A stretch of DNA of 64,000 nucleotides from Basidiobolus meristosporus CBS 931.73 (GCA_002104905.1 MCFE01000214.1:63081-127080), one strand, 5' to 3'; numbered from the stretch's first letter, positions 10,483 to 23,431 are shown. The notes: generated by a model not told the origin, from the letters alone. Numbers and translations are program-made.

Positions 10483-11550
10483 TGTGGTGGTGTATAGGTC
10501 CAAGGGAGAGATACATTCAACACTTCTCCAGTGTTTTGTGTGTGGGGTGCTCACTAGGTGCAATAACCTCTGGCAAAAGCTTGCTAGGAATACTTGGGCT
10601 CTGTCACTAATCTAATGGGATGGGGAATAAAGCCACAAGTTTGTCAAGGGAAAACTATTGAGCAACAATCCCCAACTTAGTTAGTATCTTAATAAAAGTA
10701 TGTGCTGGGTTCAGTGTCCTTTGAGATGACAATGTACTAAAGCTTCCAAAGTCACAACAACTGTAAACTCCACCAGCAGGGACTTGATCAGAATGCAGCT
10801 GTGGTCAATAGTTACAAAGACAGAAAAGTATCTTTGCATGTACAAGAAAAAACTTGGGAAAGAATCAAATATAGTAAAAGATACCTACTCTGAGTGTTCC
10901 TTGCAAGTAGTGCCTTCAAGGTCAGTTGGCTATCAGTGTGGTTTCCTGGGAGTGTCCTGTGGTCTGGGGTTGGAAGTTCAGGTAGCAGCAGGTAGCAGTG
11001 ATCACACTAATCAACAAGTTAGTATATTAATAAAAGGGATGTTGATTTATTGCTGAGGGATAGCCTCCCTTATATACTTTTCTTACTGACTAAGTGATCA
11101 CAAATCATGGTGTTCCAGAAAGTTCTGGATATCAATAGAAATCTTAATGACATCACAATGACCTAAGAATATTCTAAGTATGTGCCAGAAGGTTCCAAGA
11201 GGCACAGCACATCCACCAATTGGGAATCAGTATTATGAGACCTGTGTAACAAAGGGATAACATATATGGATGAAAATGGTAGGGATGGTGACACAGACTG
11301 GTCAGGTGCTGCTGGTACTGGCATGGGTACCTGCCTAATATAGAAGCACTTATAGCTAGTAATCTTACATAAAGTGAGGGATAATTTATGCAATAAGGTA
11401 AGCAGCTGTGAGAGTCAGCCAGCTTATGGGATAGTACTGATCAAGTAAGACAAATGGGATAAAACTAAAATAAGGGTAGTAGAGAAATACAGAAGTAGAA
11501 AATATAGGAATGAGCACATCTGTCAGTGGGTGTCACTGCAACCCCACTCA
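10483..11550 (-). mobile_element. Solo LTR, family Y (about 1.07 kb)
   Basis: TGTGGTG...CCCCACTCA termini with a 4-bp TSD CTGG (10479-10482 and 11551-11554). TATATAAGGG and AATAAA on the minus strand. Homologous to 13417-14487 and 47152-48228. Confidence 0.75.
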
Positions 11551-11599
11551 CTGGTGGGGTACTAATAGATGGCAATGATATCAAAGCACACATTGTTAT

Positions 11600-12640
11600 A
11601 TGCATTGGAGATACCCCAGCTGTTGGCTGGCTTTTCTGGGTAGAATGGATGGTATTGCTGTCAAATGTGTGAGATCCACACCTGCCACAATTTGCATACT
11701 TCTATCACCTCAGCTTTATGGCTTTTTGGTGTGATACTTGCAGAGTTGCCATATGCCTTGTATTGCTTGTGACACAAATGTATTGCAAACATATGCTTGG
11801 CTGCTGCCACTTCTGCCATGAATGCCTCCTCAATATCTGCAAGGAACATTTTGGTATTTAGCCAATATATTCCTTCTCCCTGCTGGACTCTAGTCCCCCT
11901 TATATGAGTGCTCTGGCTCTTGTTTGTGTGAATTCCATATTGAATGGTGTAGAAGTTGGCTTGTGACCAAGAAAACTCAGCATACCTTTGTAGAGTTTTC
12001 TTAGTAAAAATCAGTTGCTTGTTATACCCAACCCAACTTTGCAGTACTTAGCTGACTACCCACACATTGGGGCTGCTTAGCTTCTCAATGCCATAGGCAT
12101 AGGTGTCTCCATGTGCACATCTGTCCGCAGTATCTTCCAACTCTTCCTGGCTATCCTCCATGTGCCAACTCATCACATCCATGATGAACTTGAAGGTACT
12201 ATTTTTGGTGAGATTGAGATATGGTGGAACCTGCTACTTGACTTGTCTTACTATCTCCCCACACATCCACTCCACAGTAAACTTCCAAAAGGTGAAGCAA
12301 GGCCCAATATTCTCTACACACCAAGCAAGATGGAGCAGAGGATGGATATAGTAGTGACAGAGATCTACACCTTCAGCTTGATGTTTGTGGCATAGCTGCT
12401 CAAATCCTGTTACAAACTCCTTATACAACAGCTGTAGTTGTGTCAAGTTGGCATAAGTGATCTGCTTCTGGATAAATATTCCTACAATTTCCACATATGA
12501 CTCCCAGAGCTACCAATGTACTCTTGGTAGGAATGGCTTCAGAACACCACTTGAATCAATACATATCTAGCTCATCCAGTCTTTGCATTTGCATTGTTCT
12601 ATATGCATATGAATATTGTTTGGAGCCTGTGAGAAGTACT
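11600..12640 (-). pseudogene. CACTA/EnSpm (CMC)-like transposase relic
   Basis: EIVGIFIQKQIT...EFVTGFEQL...IHPLLHLAWCVENIGPCFTFWKFTVEWMCG resembles the HxLxHL..CI...GP.W..W.F.MER.CG segment of fungal CACTA/Tnp2 transposases. Many stops. An inverted second relic lies at 52780-53460. Confidence 0.55.
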
Positions 12641-12649
12641 TAGGGTAGT

Positions 12650-13024
12650 AGACTTGTTCTGTTGGATAGTGCCACATTGAGCCATGAGTGCCAAATGATG
12701 CCATAGTGTGCCAGAGATGTAAAGTGAGCCTATACTTGGCCACCAAGTGTGAAACATAGCTCTGCATCTTCATGCAAAGCAGCCCCTGTGTTTCACCCAT
12801 TGCGCAGGAGAAAATCCATTTTTTGACCTTTTTTTGTGGATCAATGTAGCTCAGGATGTGTAAGAGCACAGGAGAACTGAAGATATGCGTCTGGTACTCA
12901 ATACCCATGGCACTCTGAATCTAGCTCCTGTAGCTTGTATCATGTCACAAAAATGAATGGCACTCTCTTGGTCCACTGGTACTATCTGGCACAATATTTA
13001 AATATTAGACCTAAAGTAAGACCT
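12650..13024. mobile_element. Half copy (one arm plus spacer) of the fold-back MITE
   Basis: Begins AGT|AGACTTGTTCTGTTGGATAGTGCCACATTGAGCC and follows the arm into the spacer, then is truncated. Confidence 0.8.
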
Positions 13025-13039
13025 AGGGACAAGCAGGTC

Positions 13040-14870
13040 AAAACAGATGCGTCAGAGCAGAATCCAGCAAGAAGAAAATGTAGTTCATTGCAAGAAGCAC
13101 TCAGACAAAGTAGCAGTGAAAGACCTGGCAGTGAAAAAGTAAAAGGTAAAGGGAGAAATGTCTACCCAAGCCTGAGACAGGGAGGCATGTAGAAAAAGCT
13201 GCCGTTCTTGCCACTCAATGCTGCATGCCCAGAAAAGACTGAAGCCCATCACAGCCTGGAAGAACTACCAACAAGTAAACAGCTGTTTTCATAAGAGTTG
13301 GAAGCATAGCCAGTTGAGCAATATTCCAGCAAGGTAGATGAGGTGCTAGGTCTTGCAGTGCCAGCTGAAGACCAGGACATGTGGGAACCAGTGAATGAAC
13401 AGTTGTATAAAGCCATTGCAGTGATGTATAGGTCCAAGGGAGAGATTTGTCCATCAATTCTCCAGTGTTTTGTGTGTGGGGTGCTCACTGCATGCAAAAA
13501 CCACTGGCAAAAGCTTGCTAGGAATACTTGGGTTCTGTCTCTGATCTAATGTGATGGGGAATAAAGCCACAAGCTTGTCAAGGGAAAATTATTGAGCTAC
13601 AATCCCCAACTTAGTTGGTAACTTAACAAAAGTATGTGCTGGGTTCAGTGTCCTTTGAGATGACAATGTACTAAAGCTCCCAAAGTCAAAATAACTGTAA
13701 ACTCCACCAGCAGGGACTTGATAAGAATGCAGCTGTGGTCAATAGTTACAAAGACAGAAAAGTATCTTTGCCTGTACAAGAACAAACTTGGGAAAGAATC
13801 AAATATAACAAAAGATACCTACTCTGAGTGTTCCTCACAAGTAGTGCCTCCAAGGTCAGTTGGCTGTCAGTGTGGTTTCCTGGGGGTGTCCTGTGGTCCA
13901 AGGTTGGAAGTTCAGGTAGCAGCAGGTAGCAGTGATTACACTAATCAACAAGTCAGTATATTGATAAAAGGGATGTTGATTTATTGTTGAGGGATAGCCT
14001 CCCTTATATACTTTTCTCACTGACTAGGTGATTACTAATCATGGTGTTCTAGAAGGTTCCAGAGACCAATAGAAATCTTAATGACATCTGAATGAGCTAA
14101 GAGTATTCTGAGTAGGTGCCAGAAGGTTCGAAGAGGCACAGCACATCCAAACAATCAGGAATCAGTACTCTGAAACCTGTGTAACATAGGGAAACCATAT
14201 ATGGTATGGAAATGGTAGGGATGGTGACATGGGTTGATCATATGTCATGGGTACTGGTGTGAGTTCTTGCCTAATATAAAAGCACTTGCATCATGTTAAC
14301 ACAAATGAGGTGAGGAATAACTTATGCAATAAGGTAAGAAGCTATGATAGTCAACTGGCTTATGGGATAGCACTGATCAGGTAAGACCAATGGGATAAAA
14401 CTAAAATAAGTGTAGTAGTGAAATAGGGAAGTAGAAACTATGGGAAGGAGCACATCTGTCAGTGGGTGTCACTGTGACCCCACTACACCATTGTATTCCC
14501 ACCAAAGTCATGGAAACAGAGTGTTACAGCAGAAGTACTTATTGAATGATGGATTTTAATGGAGTTACTAGCTGGGTGCATGGCTGCGCTCAATGTTAGT
14601 GTAGGGTACAGGGACTTGTGTAGGTCAATACAATTGGCAATGGAGGTACAACCCAAATTTCAATGGTAATAACTCAACTTGTACGCATGAAAAGTAAGAG
14701 AAATGGCTGTGTCCAGTATTAAGGAGTGTGAAAAAAAGGGAATAGCCAATCACTGCACACATAGGTAGGAAGTAATCAAGTGTTTGCGATCAGAAAGTGA
14801 GCAAATTGGCAAAGAACCAATTAAAAGCCGCTTATGCATTGATGTTAAGGAAAATATTGATCAATTTTTT
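13040..14870 (+). repeat. Family X relic interrupted by solo LTR Y
   Basis: Homology to 6090-7100 (inverted) and 25640-26540 continues across the 13417-14487 insertion. Confidence 0.55.
13417..14487 (-). mobile_element. Solo LTR, family Y
   Basis: TGCAGTG...CACTACA termini with a 4-bp TSD CCAT (13413-13416 and 14488-14491). Aligns with 10483-11550. Confidence 0.78.
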
Positions 14871-15503
14871 CTCCTCACAGTGTTTTTTTTGGCAATCATA
14901 CCATTTAGTCATAGGACTTGCTTTTTATAGTGGCTATCTGATGGGATCATTATTTTGACTCTTCATGGGGCAGACTGGCAACTTATTTGCTGCCTGCATA
15001 AAAGTAAATGCAAAACAACAACACTTCACAGTTTTGTACCCAATCAAGCATATATAGGTAAAAAACACAAACTCCAACAACTATAGGTGTATAGCAGTAA
15101 TCTTTTCATCAGCATTATTGATTAATGATGCTCAAGGATGGAGATCTAGAGTTGAAATGGAAACCTTTTGGAGGTTGTGTGAAGCCATAGGGCACAGTGT
15201 AAAAGATGACAATGCATGTGCTGCTCAAGAGTAGGAACCTTGTATTTGGAGAGAATCTAAATCTGAAGCCAATGGGGTCATTGCATAGATGCCTCAAGAT
15301 GTGATAACCTTTATTGAGTTATGAATATACCTAATACAGCCATATATGGACAAATTGCCAGTAGTTCCAGCGCCAATCTACATTATAGCATGGTAGGTTT
15401 GGTTTGCTGCCAAATATCTAGAATGGCTACAAATCTAGTACCATACTAATTATCTAGCGCATATGTTGAGAAGCTTAGAGTTACAATGGGCTAAGTGGCA
15501 ATT

Positions 15504-16235
15504 AGACTTGTTCTGTTGGATAGTGCCACATTGAGCCATGAGTGCCAATTGATGCCTTAGTGTGCCAGGGAGGCCAAGTGAGCCTATACTTGGCCACAGA
15601 GTGTGAAATATTGCTCTGCATCATCATGAAAAGCAACCCCTGTGTTTCACTCATTGTACTGGAGAAATTCCATTTTTTTACCTTTTTTTTTGGATCAATG
15701 TTGTGCATGATGTGTGAGAGCACAGAAGAATTGAGGACATGCACCTGGTACTCAATACTGATGGACTCTGAGTCTAGCTCCTGTAGCTTGTATCAAGTCA
15801 CAAAAATGAATGGCACTATCTTGGTCCACTGGTACTATCTGGCGCTATAAGTGCTTTGTATAGGTTTTACTCTAGGGCCAATATTTAAATACAGTGCCAG
15901 ATAGCACCAGTGAACCAAGATAGTGCCATTCATTTTTGTGACTTGATACAAGCTACAGGAGCTAGACTCAGAGTGTCATGGGTATTGAGTATTAGATGCA
16001 TGTCTTCAGTCCTTCTGTGCTCATTGACATCCTGCACAATATTGATCCAAAAAAAAGGTCAAAAAATGAATTTTCTCCAGTACAATGAGTGAAAAACAGG
16101 GGGCACGTTGCATGAAGATGCAGAGCAATGTTTCACACTCTGTGGCCAAGTATAGGCTCACTTGGCCTCACTAGTACACTAAGGCATCAATTGGAACTCA
16201 TGGCTCAATGTGGCACTATCCAATGGAACAGGTCT
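15504..16235. mobile_element. Complete 732-bp fold-back MITE of the PHIS element (345-bp inverted arms and a 42-bp spacer)
   Basis: Ends AGACTTGTTCTG / TGGAACAGGTCT with a 3-bp TSD ATT (15501-15503 and 16236-16238). Arms 15504-15848 and 15891-16235 are reverse complements at roughly 85-90% by eye. Confidence 0.9.
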
Positions 16236-16664
16236 ATTCAGTTGCAAGAGGGTGGCAAGATATTAAGGTATTTGATATCACTCAGTAGCTAAAACTACAC
16301 ATCTGTACTAGTATTTGTTGTAAAAATTTGTATTTCCACCTAAATATTCACCTAACTTAGTCACTTAGATCATTACCTTCAAATCCTAGAAAATACTGAC
16401 CAAATTCCTTGTCGGGATTTACTTAGAATATTTTCACCAAAATACCAGGTACCCAGAACATGAAAATTCTCAAAGTTGTCCAAACAGCCCCAAACTTTGC
16501 ACACATGCTCTTGGGACCTTCCTTAACCTATTCTACGTGTTTGTAATGCCAAGACCAGGTAAAAGTATAAATACTACTTTTACATTCAATAAATCATTAA
16601 GTGAAAACCACATAATCTACTTGTTCTCCAAATCACTTCCAATATCTCCAAGACTCTTACAACA

Positions 16665-16676
16665 GGTTATGAGCCC
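16665..16676 (+). other. Primer binding site complementary to the tRNAiMet anticodon arm (half-tRNA priming type)
   Basis: GGTTATGAGCCC directly after the 5' LTR is the reverse complement of GGGCTCATAACC in initiator tRNA, as in Ty5 and Drosophila copia. Confidence 0.85.
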
Positions 16677-16695
16677 CAAGCTGTCACTCTCTGCA

Positions 16696-19600
16696 ATGTC
16701 TACTACTGCTATTACTGGAATTTTTCCCTCTGCTGAAAAGTTGGATGGATCTAACTACCAAGTGTGGAAGGTGAAGATGAAGATGCTGCTGCAAGAAAGA
16801 GGCCTTTGGGATATTGTCATGGGAGAAGAATGCCCTCCTAAGAATGTGGGAGAGGAAGCCTTATAGTACCAGAAGAAAGAACAAAGTGCCTTTAACTGCA
16901 TTTGCCTTAATGTCAAGGACAAATTGCTAATTCAATGCTCAAGAGCAAAAACGGCAAAGAATGCCTGGAAAGCATTAGAAGACACCTACCAGTCATGTTC
17001 AGCTGCCAAGAAAATGTATCTGAGAAGAAAATTCTTTACTACAAAGATGCTGCCAGGAGAAGAAATGAAAAATCAATTTTACAGAATTACCCTGCTGGTA
17101 GATGAGATGGAATCTGTGGGCGTACCAACTACTGATGAGGATGTGATAGTTACCATCCTGAATAGCCTGACAGACGAGTTTCAGGGCCTTGTATCAGCTC
17201 TAGAGTCCAGAACTGAAGATTTGACCTTAAATTACGTATATGGAAGGCTCCTGGATGAAGAATTAAGAAAATCAAGCGCCAATAAGAAGGAAGAAGAAAA
17301 TGCTTTAATAAGCAATGATAACCAACAAAGGAGGTACCCAAGACCCTACAAAGGCAACAGCAATCTATTTTGCAACTACTGCAAAAGCGAAGGACACACA
17401 TCAGACTGGTGTTTCACAAATAAAGATCATCAGCAAAGGAAGCCTGAATATGGAAATGCTGCAACAACTGAAGATAGACTATTCATATCTGCACTAAATA
17501 TGACCACAAACAAGGATTCTCAGACGTGGTATATTGACTCTGGAGCTTCTCAACACTTTACACACCAAAAAGAACTTTTTACCCAATATCAAGAAATTCC
17601 AATTAAGAAGGTTTTCATGGGTGACGATAGAACACTTGATGCAGTGGGAGAAGGCACTATCCAAGTAAACCTTAGAAGCAGTGAAGGAAGCCATACACTG
17701 ACCTTTAAAGAAGTACTCTATGTACCAGAAATAGCCAAGAACCTACTCTCTGTAAGCAAGGCCACAGCAGAAGGACTCAGTTTCAGTTTTGACAATTCTG
17801 GATGCAGGATCACTGATCAAAATGGTGCTCATATTGCTTCGGGCATCAGAGATCAGAATCTATACAAGTTGACTTATATTCCATCATATCTGGAAGCCAA
17901 TATAAGTAACTTAAATGAAGAAACACCAACGCTTTGGCACAGGATATTTGGACACATCAATTTTGATTATTTGTGTAAAATAATCAAAGATTAGCTAATT
18001 TCTGGAGTGAAAATTGATCCCCCAGCTAATTTGGAGCACTGTGAAGCCTGCATATATGGGAAACAAGCCAGACAACCGTTCAAGAGCTCTGGGTTAATCA
18101 AAACTAAGAAAAAATTAGATCTAATTCACTCAGATCTGTGTGGACCTATGCAAAATTTATCCTTAGGCAGGATGAAGTATTTAATCACTTTTATTGATGA
18201 TTATACAAGATACACATGGGTCTACTTCATGGAGAGAAAGAAAGAAGCTCTGTCTAAGTTCAGGGAGCTTAAAGCCATGGTGGAGAGAGAAACTGGTGAA
18301 AAAATCAAGAAAATACGCTCTGACAATGGTGGAGAATATACCTCAAAACTCTTCATCCACTTCTGCAAAATTCATGGGATAAAGCAAGAGACTACTGTAC
18401 CATACTCCCCACAGCAAAATGAAGTAGCAGAACAAGCTAACAGATCAATAAATGATATGGCAAGATCTATGATCCATGATCAAAAATTATCCTATGATTT
18501 TTGGGCGGAATCAGTTGCTACTGCTGTATACCTTAAAAATAGGAGTTATAACAGAATACTTCGTGACTCTACTCCATTTGAAGCATGGTATGGATACAGA
18601 TCAAGTGCAGAACATCTAAGAATATTTGGGTGTACAGCATATGCCAAAAAACTGGCCGGAAATCAGTCAAAATTTGAGCCAAAAAGTGTAAAATGCATAT
18701 TTTTGGGCTACTGCAATAAGAGTAAGGCATACAGACTTTACAATACCAAAGCAAAGAAGCTTATCAAGTCCAGGGATGTGTTGTTTCATGAAAATTCAAA
18801 ATTTTCACAAAAAATGACATCAGATGATGACAAAAATTTGATCTCAAGTCCACCAATTGTCAGGATTGAATCAGAGCAAAACAATGAAAATTTTTTCACT
18901 CCAGAGGACTCTACAACTGTGGTTCAGCCAGAATCAGTGCCCAGGAATATCCCAGAAGTGATCATTCCAGTATCAAATGCCCGGAGATCAAATCGGACAA
19001 GAAATAGCCCAAATTACTATATTAATGAGGGTACAAACTTAGCCTATGCCTATTCAGTCCATATTGATGAACCCCAGACTGTAAAAGAGGCCCTAAATAG
19101 CCCTCAGACAAAGTTTTGGAGATCTGCAATGACTGAGGAATATCAGGCCCTGATGGAAAATCAAACTTGGGACTTAGTCAAATTACCAATCAACCAAAAA
19201 TCAATTGGATGCAGATGGGTCTTCAAGACAAAGTACAAGGCTGATGGTTCAATTGAAAGATACAAAGCAAGACTTGTAGCCAAAGGATATTCTCAAACAA
19301 AAGGACTTGACTATACTGAGACCTTTGCACCGGTAGCCAAGTTTAATTCCATCAGATTAATATTGGCTATTGCAGCCAAATATAAGTTTTTTATTCATCA
19401 AATGGATGTAAAAACTGTATTTTTGAATGGAGAACTTGATGAGGACGTGTATATGGACCAGCCTGATGGGTTTGTTGACCAAGATAACCCCCATTTAATC
19501 TGCAAGCTTAAAAAGTCACTATATGGTCTCAAACAATTGCCAAGAGCCTGGAATTGCAAGATAGATTCTTATTTGGAATCTTTGAGTTTCAAAAGGAGTA

Positions 19601-20639
19601 ATGCTGACTATAGTATATACTATAAGCCAGATAGAGCAAATCCAGTTCTATTAGCTCTATATGTAGATGATCTTATTATAGCCACCAATAACCTAGAAAC
19701 ATTGGAAGAGACTAAATCCAGCCTTTCTAAGGAGTTCAAGATGTCCAATCTAGGAGAACTCAGTTACTACTTAGGGATTAAGTTCTCCATAGACAGAAGT
19801 ACCCAGACTATTACCCTAAGCCAATCCAAGTATATTCAAGATATACTAAAGAAGTACAAAATGGAAGACTGTAAACCGGCAGCTACCCCAATGGAGACAA
19901 ACCTTAACTTGGTCAAAACTCAACCAAATCTAGAGAGCTTGGTGCCATCTGAAAGCCCTGACTTTCCTTATCAATCTATGGTCGGCAGTCTGATGTATAT
20001 CATGCTTGGAACACGTCCAGATATCTCATATTCAGTGGGAGTTGTCAGCCAACATAATCAGAATTATGGATCTGATCATATCGCAGCAGTTAAGCGATTT
20101 TTAGATACCTAAAAGGAACTGCTGATATCTGCTTAAGATACACTTATAAGGATTCAGAACAGGATCTTGTGGGATACTCTGATGCTGATTGGGGACGAAA
20201 TTTAGAAGACAGAAGATCCACCACAGGATACATCTTTCTTTACTGTAAAGGAGCAATTTCATGGAATTCAAGAAAGCAACCAACTGTAGCACTTTCTACT
20301 ACAGAGGCAGAGTATATGGCAGCCTGTGAAGCTACAAAAGAAGCAATGTGGTTAAGAAAACTCTTAACAGATTTAGGCCTATGTCAAAAAACGCCTATTA
20401 CTTTATTTCAAGATAATCAAGGATGTATACAATTAGGTAGAAATCCAACTTTTGATGCTAGAACCAAGCACATAGATATTAGACATCATTTCATACGTGA
20501 AGCTATAGAGAGTAACTTAGTTAGCTTAGTTTACTGTCCTACAGATGAAATGATTGCAGACATATTTACCAAACCATTAGCTAGAGACAAGTTTGAATAT
20601 CTTAGGTCAAAATTAGGACTAGTCAGTATGAACATTTAG
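16696..20639 (+). pseudogene. Copia gag-pol (gag, CCHC knuckle, protease, integrase, RT, RNase H) with two nonsense codons and one frameshift
   Basis: KLDGSNYQVWKVKM; CNYCKSEGHTSDWC; WYIDSGAS; IHSDLCGP, IRSDNGGEY; YVDDL; YSDADW, TKHIDIRHHF. TAG at 16864 and at 17992; 1-bp deletion near 20100. Confidence 0.95.
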
Positions 20640-22502
20640 CTGAGTGGGAGTGTTGTAAAAATTTGTATTTCCACCTAAATATTCACCTAACTTAGTCACT
20701 TAGATCATTACCTTCAAATCCTAGAAAATACTGACCAAATTCCTTGTCGGGATTTACTTAGAATATTTTCACCAAAATACCAGGTACCCAGAACATGAAA
20801 ATTCTCAAAGTTGTCCAAACAGCCCCAAACTTTGCACACATGCTCTTGGGACCTTTCTTAACCTATTCTACGTGTTTGTAATGCCAAGACCAGGTAAAAG
20901 TATAAATACTACTTTTACATTCAATAAATCATTAAGTGAAAACCACATAATCTACTTGTTCTCCAAATCACTTCCAATATCTCCAAGACTCTTACAACAG
21001 TATTAGGCACTATAAGACTCGGCTACAGCTCTTACTTTGCCTCTTTTGTAAGTTCAGTAATCCTATGATTACTCACCAATATTCAAGATTAGGGTAGCAC
21101 CTGTGGCCAACATTATGAGTTAATCCTGGGCTGTTACTTTGTACTCCAAAACATAGCAAAACTCTCCTAACTCAGTGCTACTGCTGTATTGTATCTACAA
21201 GTGATCAGATATTGAACTTGTTTTGGAATAAAATACAGCTCAATCATTATGAGAATTGCTGATTCAGTTCATCATATACAAGTACTAGGTAAGTTGCAAC
21301 AAGTGTAAGTGCCAAGCAGCCTTATGATAGTTAAACAGCTTAATTAGTATTATTATCTCTTGCCATGATCTGTGCTTTCAAGTACTTCTTGAATTACAAA
21401 ACATTATTTGCCCTGGTGCCAAAAGCAATATTAGTATTTGACTCTACCACCAAATAAAATGCCACAAGCATCTTTCCTGTAAAGTAGCAGTATAATAGGA
21501 GTAATAAGCTTAGGAGAAATAAGAAGTTAATGCACCTTGATGAAAGAAATCATTGATATGCAGCACCAGGCAAAGAATATAAACCCAAGGCCTCCACAGA
21601 AGCAACTGATAAATTTCAAGAGAGAAAGCTCAAAGAAAATTCTATAATTGGAACCTACCAGATTCTCAGCTTGTATTCAGGGGTATATGTGACATATTTT
21701 GATGTTGCTCAGTAGTCCTTTTGCTGCAACTCTTCCGTTTGCATTTCTGATAGATGTAATCAGAGCTAAAGGTTAAATCTGGTATGACTACTTGTTGACC
21801 TCATCTCCCACTGGAATAAAAGTTGATGGGAAGGTTTGGGAAGGCTAAAGTTAAGCTGAAAATGCTGTAGTGCCCTGCAGGTCTTTTGTTGCATTAGTTT
21901 CTAGGTGAAAGAATGTTCTTGACATCTTTCAAGATTTACTCATTAGATATACTAATGTGTTTGGTACATTCAAGCCAGTTCAGGAATTGCCAGAGAAGAT
22001 ATTACTAAGAGTGACCCTTTTCCCTGTCTAAGCAGAATAAGTTGCAACTTGTCATACAACCACAGAAGCAGATTATTTAAGAAAGCTATTTATTGCCCTA
22101 CCTCTTGCCCTACCTCTGGTATCATTGTAGCTCATTAAAAACTTAGTGGACACTCCAATTTGTGCTTCATTAGTTGTAAATTTCACATAATGCAAGTGCC
22201 AGAAAATACCAAACACCATTTCAACACAGCATCCAGTGAAGTTCCACTGGTGGATGATCAGCACACAGCTGTCAAAATATCCTAGCCACCAGTATTAGAG
22301 AGTATTTTGTTAGCTCATACCAAAGCACCAATAACACAATTAGATGTAATGGCAAATTAGAAAGCCACAATGAGGAAGAGAGATCAGGAAACAGTCTGGA
22401 GACAGGATGAGCAATTAATACAGGTAGAGCAAGCAAAAGATGATGCTGCAAGCTGATCACAATGCTCAGGAAGGAGAAAAAGTGGTAAATGTAGTAGCTC
22501 CA

Positions 22503-22800
22503 GTTTGGTGGGGACATACTAACACCCACTAACAGATGGGCTCATTCCCATATTTTCTACCTATATATCTTCTGGCTACACTGATTATAGTTTTATCACA
22601 TTTGTCTTACTTGATTAGAATTATCCCATAAGCTGGCTAACTTCTACACTTGAGTATTTTAGTGCCCATGTTATTCCTCACCTCATGTGTGTTTACATGA
22701 TGTAATTGCTTCTATATTAGATAAGTGCCTGTGCCAGTGCCTGTAACACATGACAAATCCATGTCACCATCTCTACCATTATCATCTAAATGATAGCACC
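22503..22800 (+). repeat. Partial LTR Y fragment
   Basis: Matches the reverse complement of 14200-14480 (cacccact.acagat, cttacttgat, cccataagctggct, catgtcaccatc). Confidence 0.5.
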
Positions 22801-23137
22801 ATGTAACATGATTTTCAAACAATAATCTCTGATTAGTTGGATGAGCCAAGTATCTGAGAGCCCTCAAGCACCTACTCAGTGTGATGAATAGACACATGGC
22901 AGGAGAGTAGAGCTAGGCAAGGCAGGATCAGGAAAGGACTTGGGTGTAGATCAACAAGGCAAGGCATGTTTGCAAGGCAAGGCGGATTTCCAAGGTAAGG
23001 CTGTTTATTCAAGACCTGTGTTTATCAGACTGAGGAATATATAAGGGAGGGATAGGACTATTTATACTTTTTGGCAATATAGGTGCTAAGAGATATTGGC
23101 TAGTACTGATGGGGTTCTGGGTTGAGGCACAGTAAGT

Positions 23138-23431
23138 AGACTTGTTCCATTGTACCGTGCCAGGGTGCAGCACAATCCGCGGTCGTAAAAAACAATTGGG
23201 TGGCAATATTATAACTACCAGAAGGCAGGATTGTTCTTGGACAATTTTGCACTATGCGAGACAATCTTGCACACTAATGCACAATCTGACACGATGAGGT
23301 TGGCACAGATGATTGCGCCAACTTGTAATGTTTGCATCACATGTGCAATTGGATACCACTATAATGGCAGGTAAAATCCAGTATTTGGATATGTTTCTTT
23401 AATGTAAATGGAAATAAATGTGTATCACACT
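23138..23431 (-). mobile_element. Inverted right-terminal 294 bp of the PHIS transposon
   Basis: Reverse complement of about 3497-3791 with many CpG changed to TpG or CpA. Preceded by AGT and directly abuts a left TIR. Confidence 0.88.

Larger units (their letters stand above)
16316..20999 (+). mobile_element. Full-length Ty1/Copia LTR retrotransposon, family A (young)
   Basis: 349-bp LTRs at 16316-16664 and 20651-20999 (TGTTG...CAACA, one mismatch seen), 5-bp TSD GTATT, PBS GGTTATGAGCCC at 16665, PPT TGAGTGGGAG at 20641-20650. Confidence 0.97.

Noticed and set aside
14481-14487. CACTACA as a CACTA transposon terminus
   Set aside because: It is the end of solo LTR Y, defined by the CCAT TSD and matched in the other copies.
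16665-16676. tRNA gene
   Set aside because: It is only a 12-14 nt primer binding site with no cloverleaf.
22073-22264. Second Harbinger-type transposase relic (CCVEMVFGIF)
   Set aside because: Only a short resemblance to the VE..FG motif, with no other catalytic motifs.
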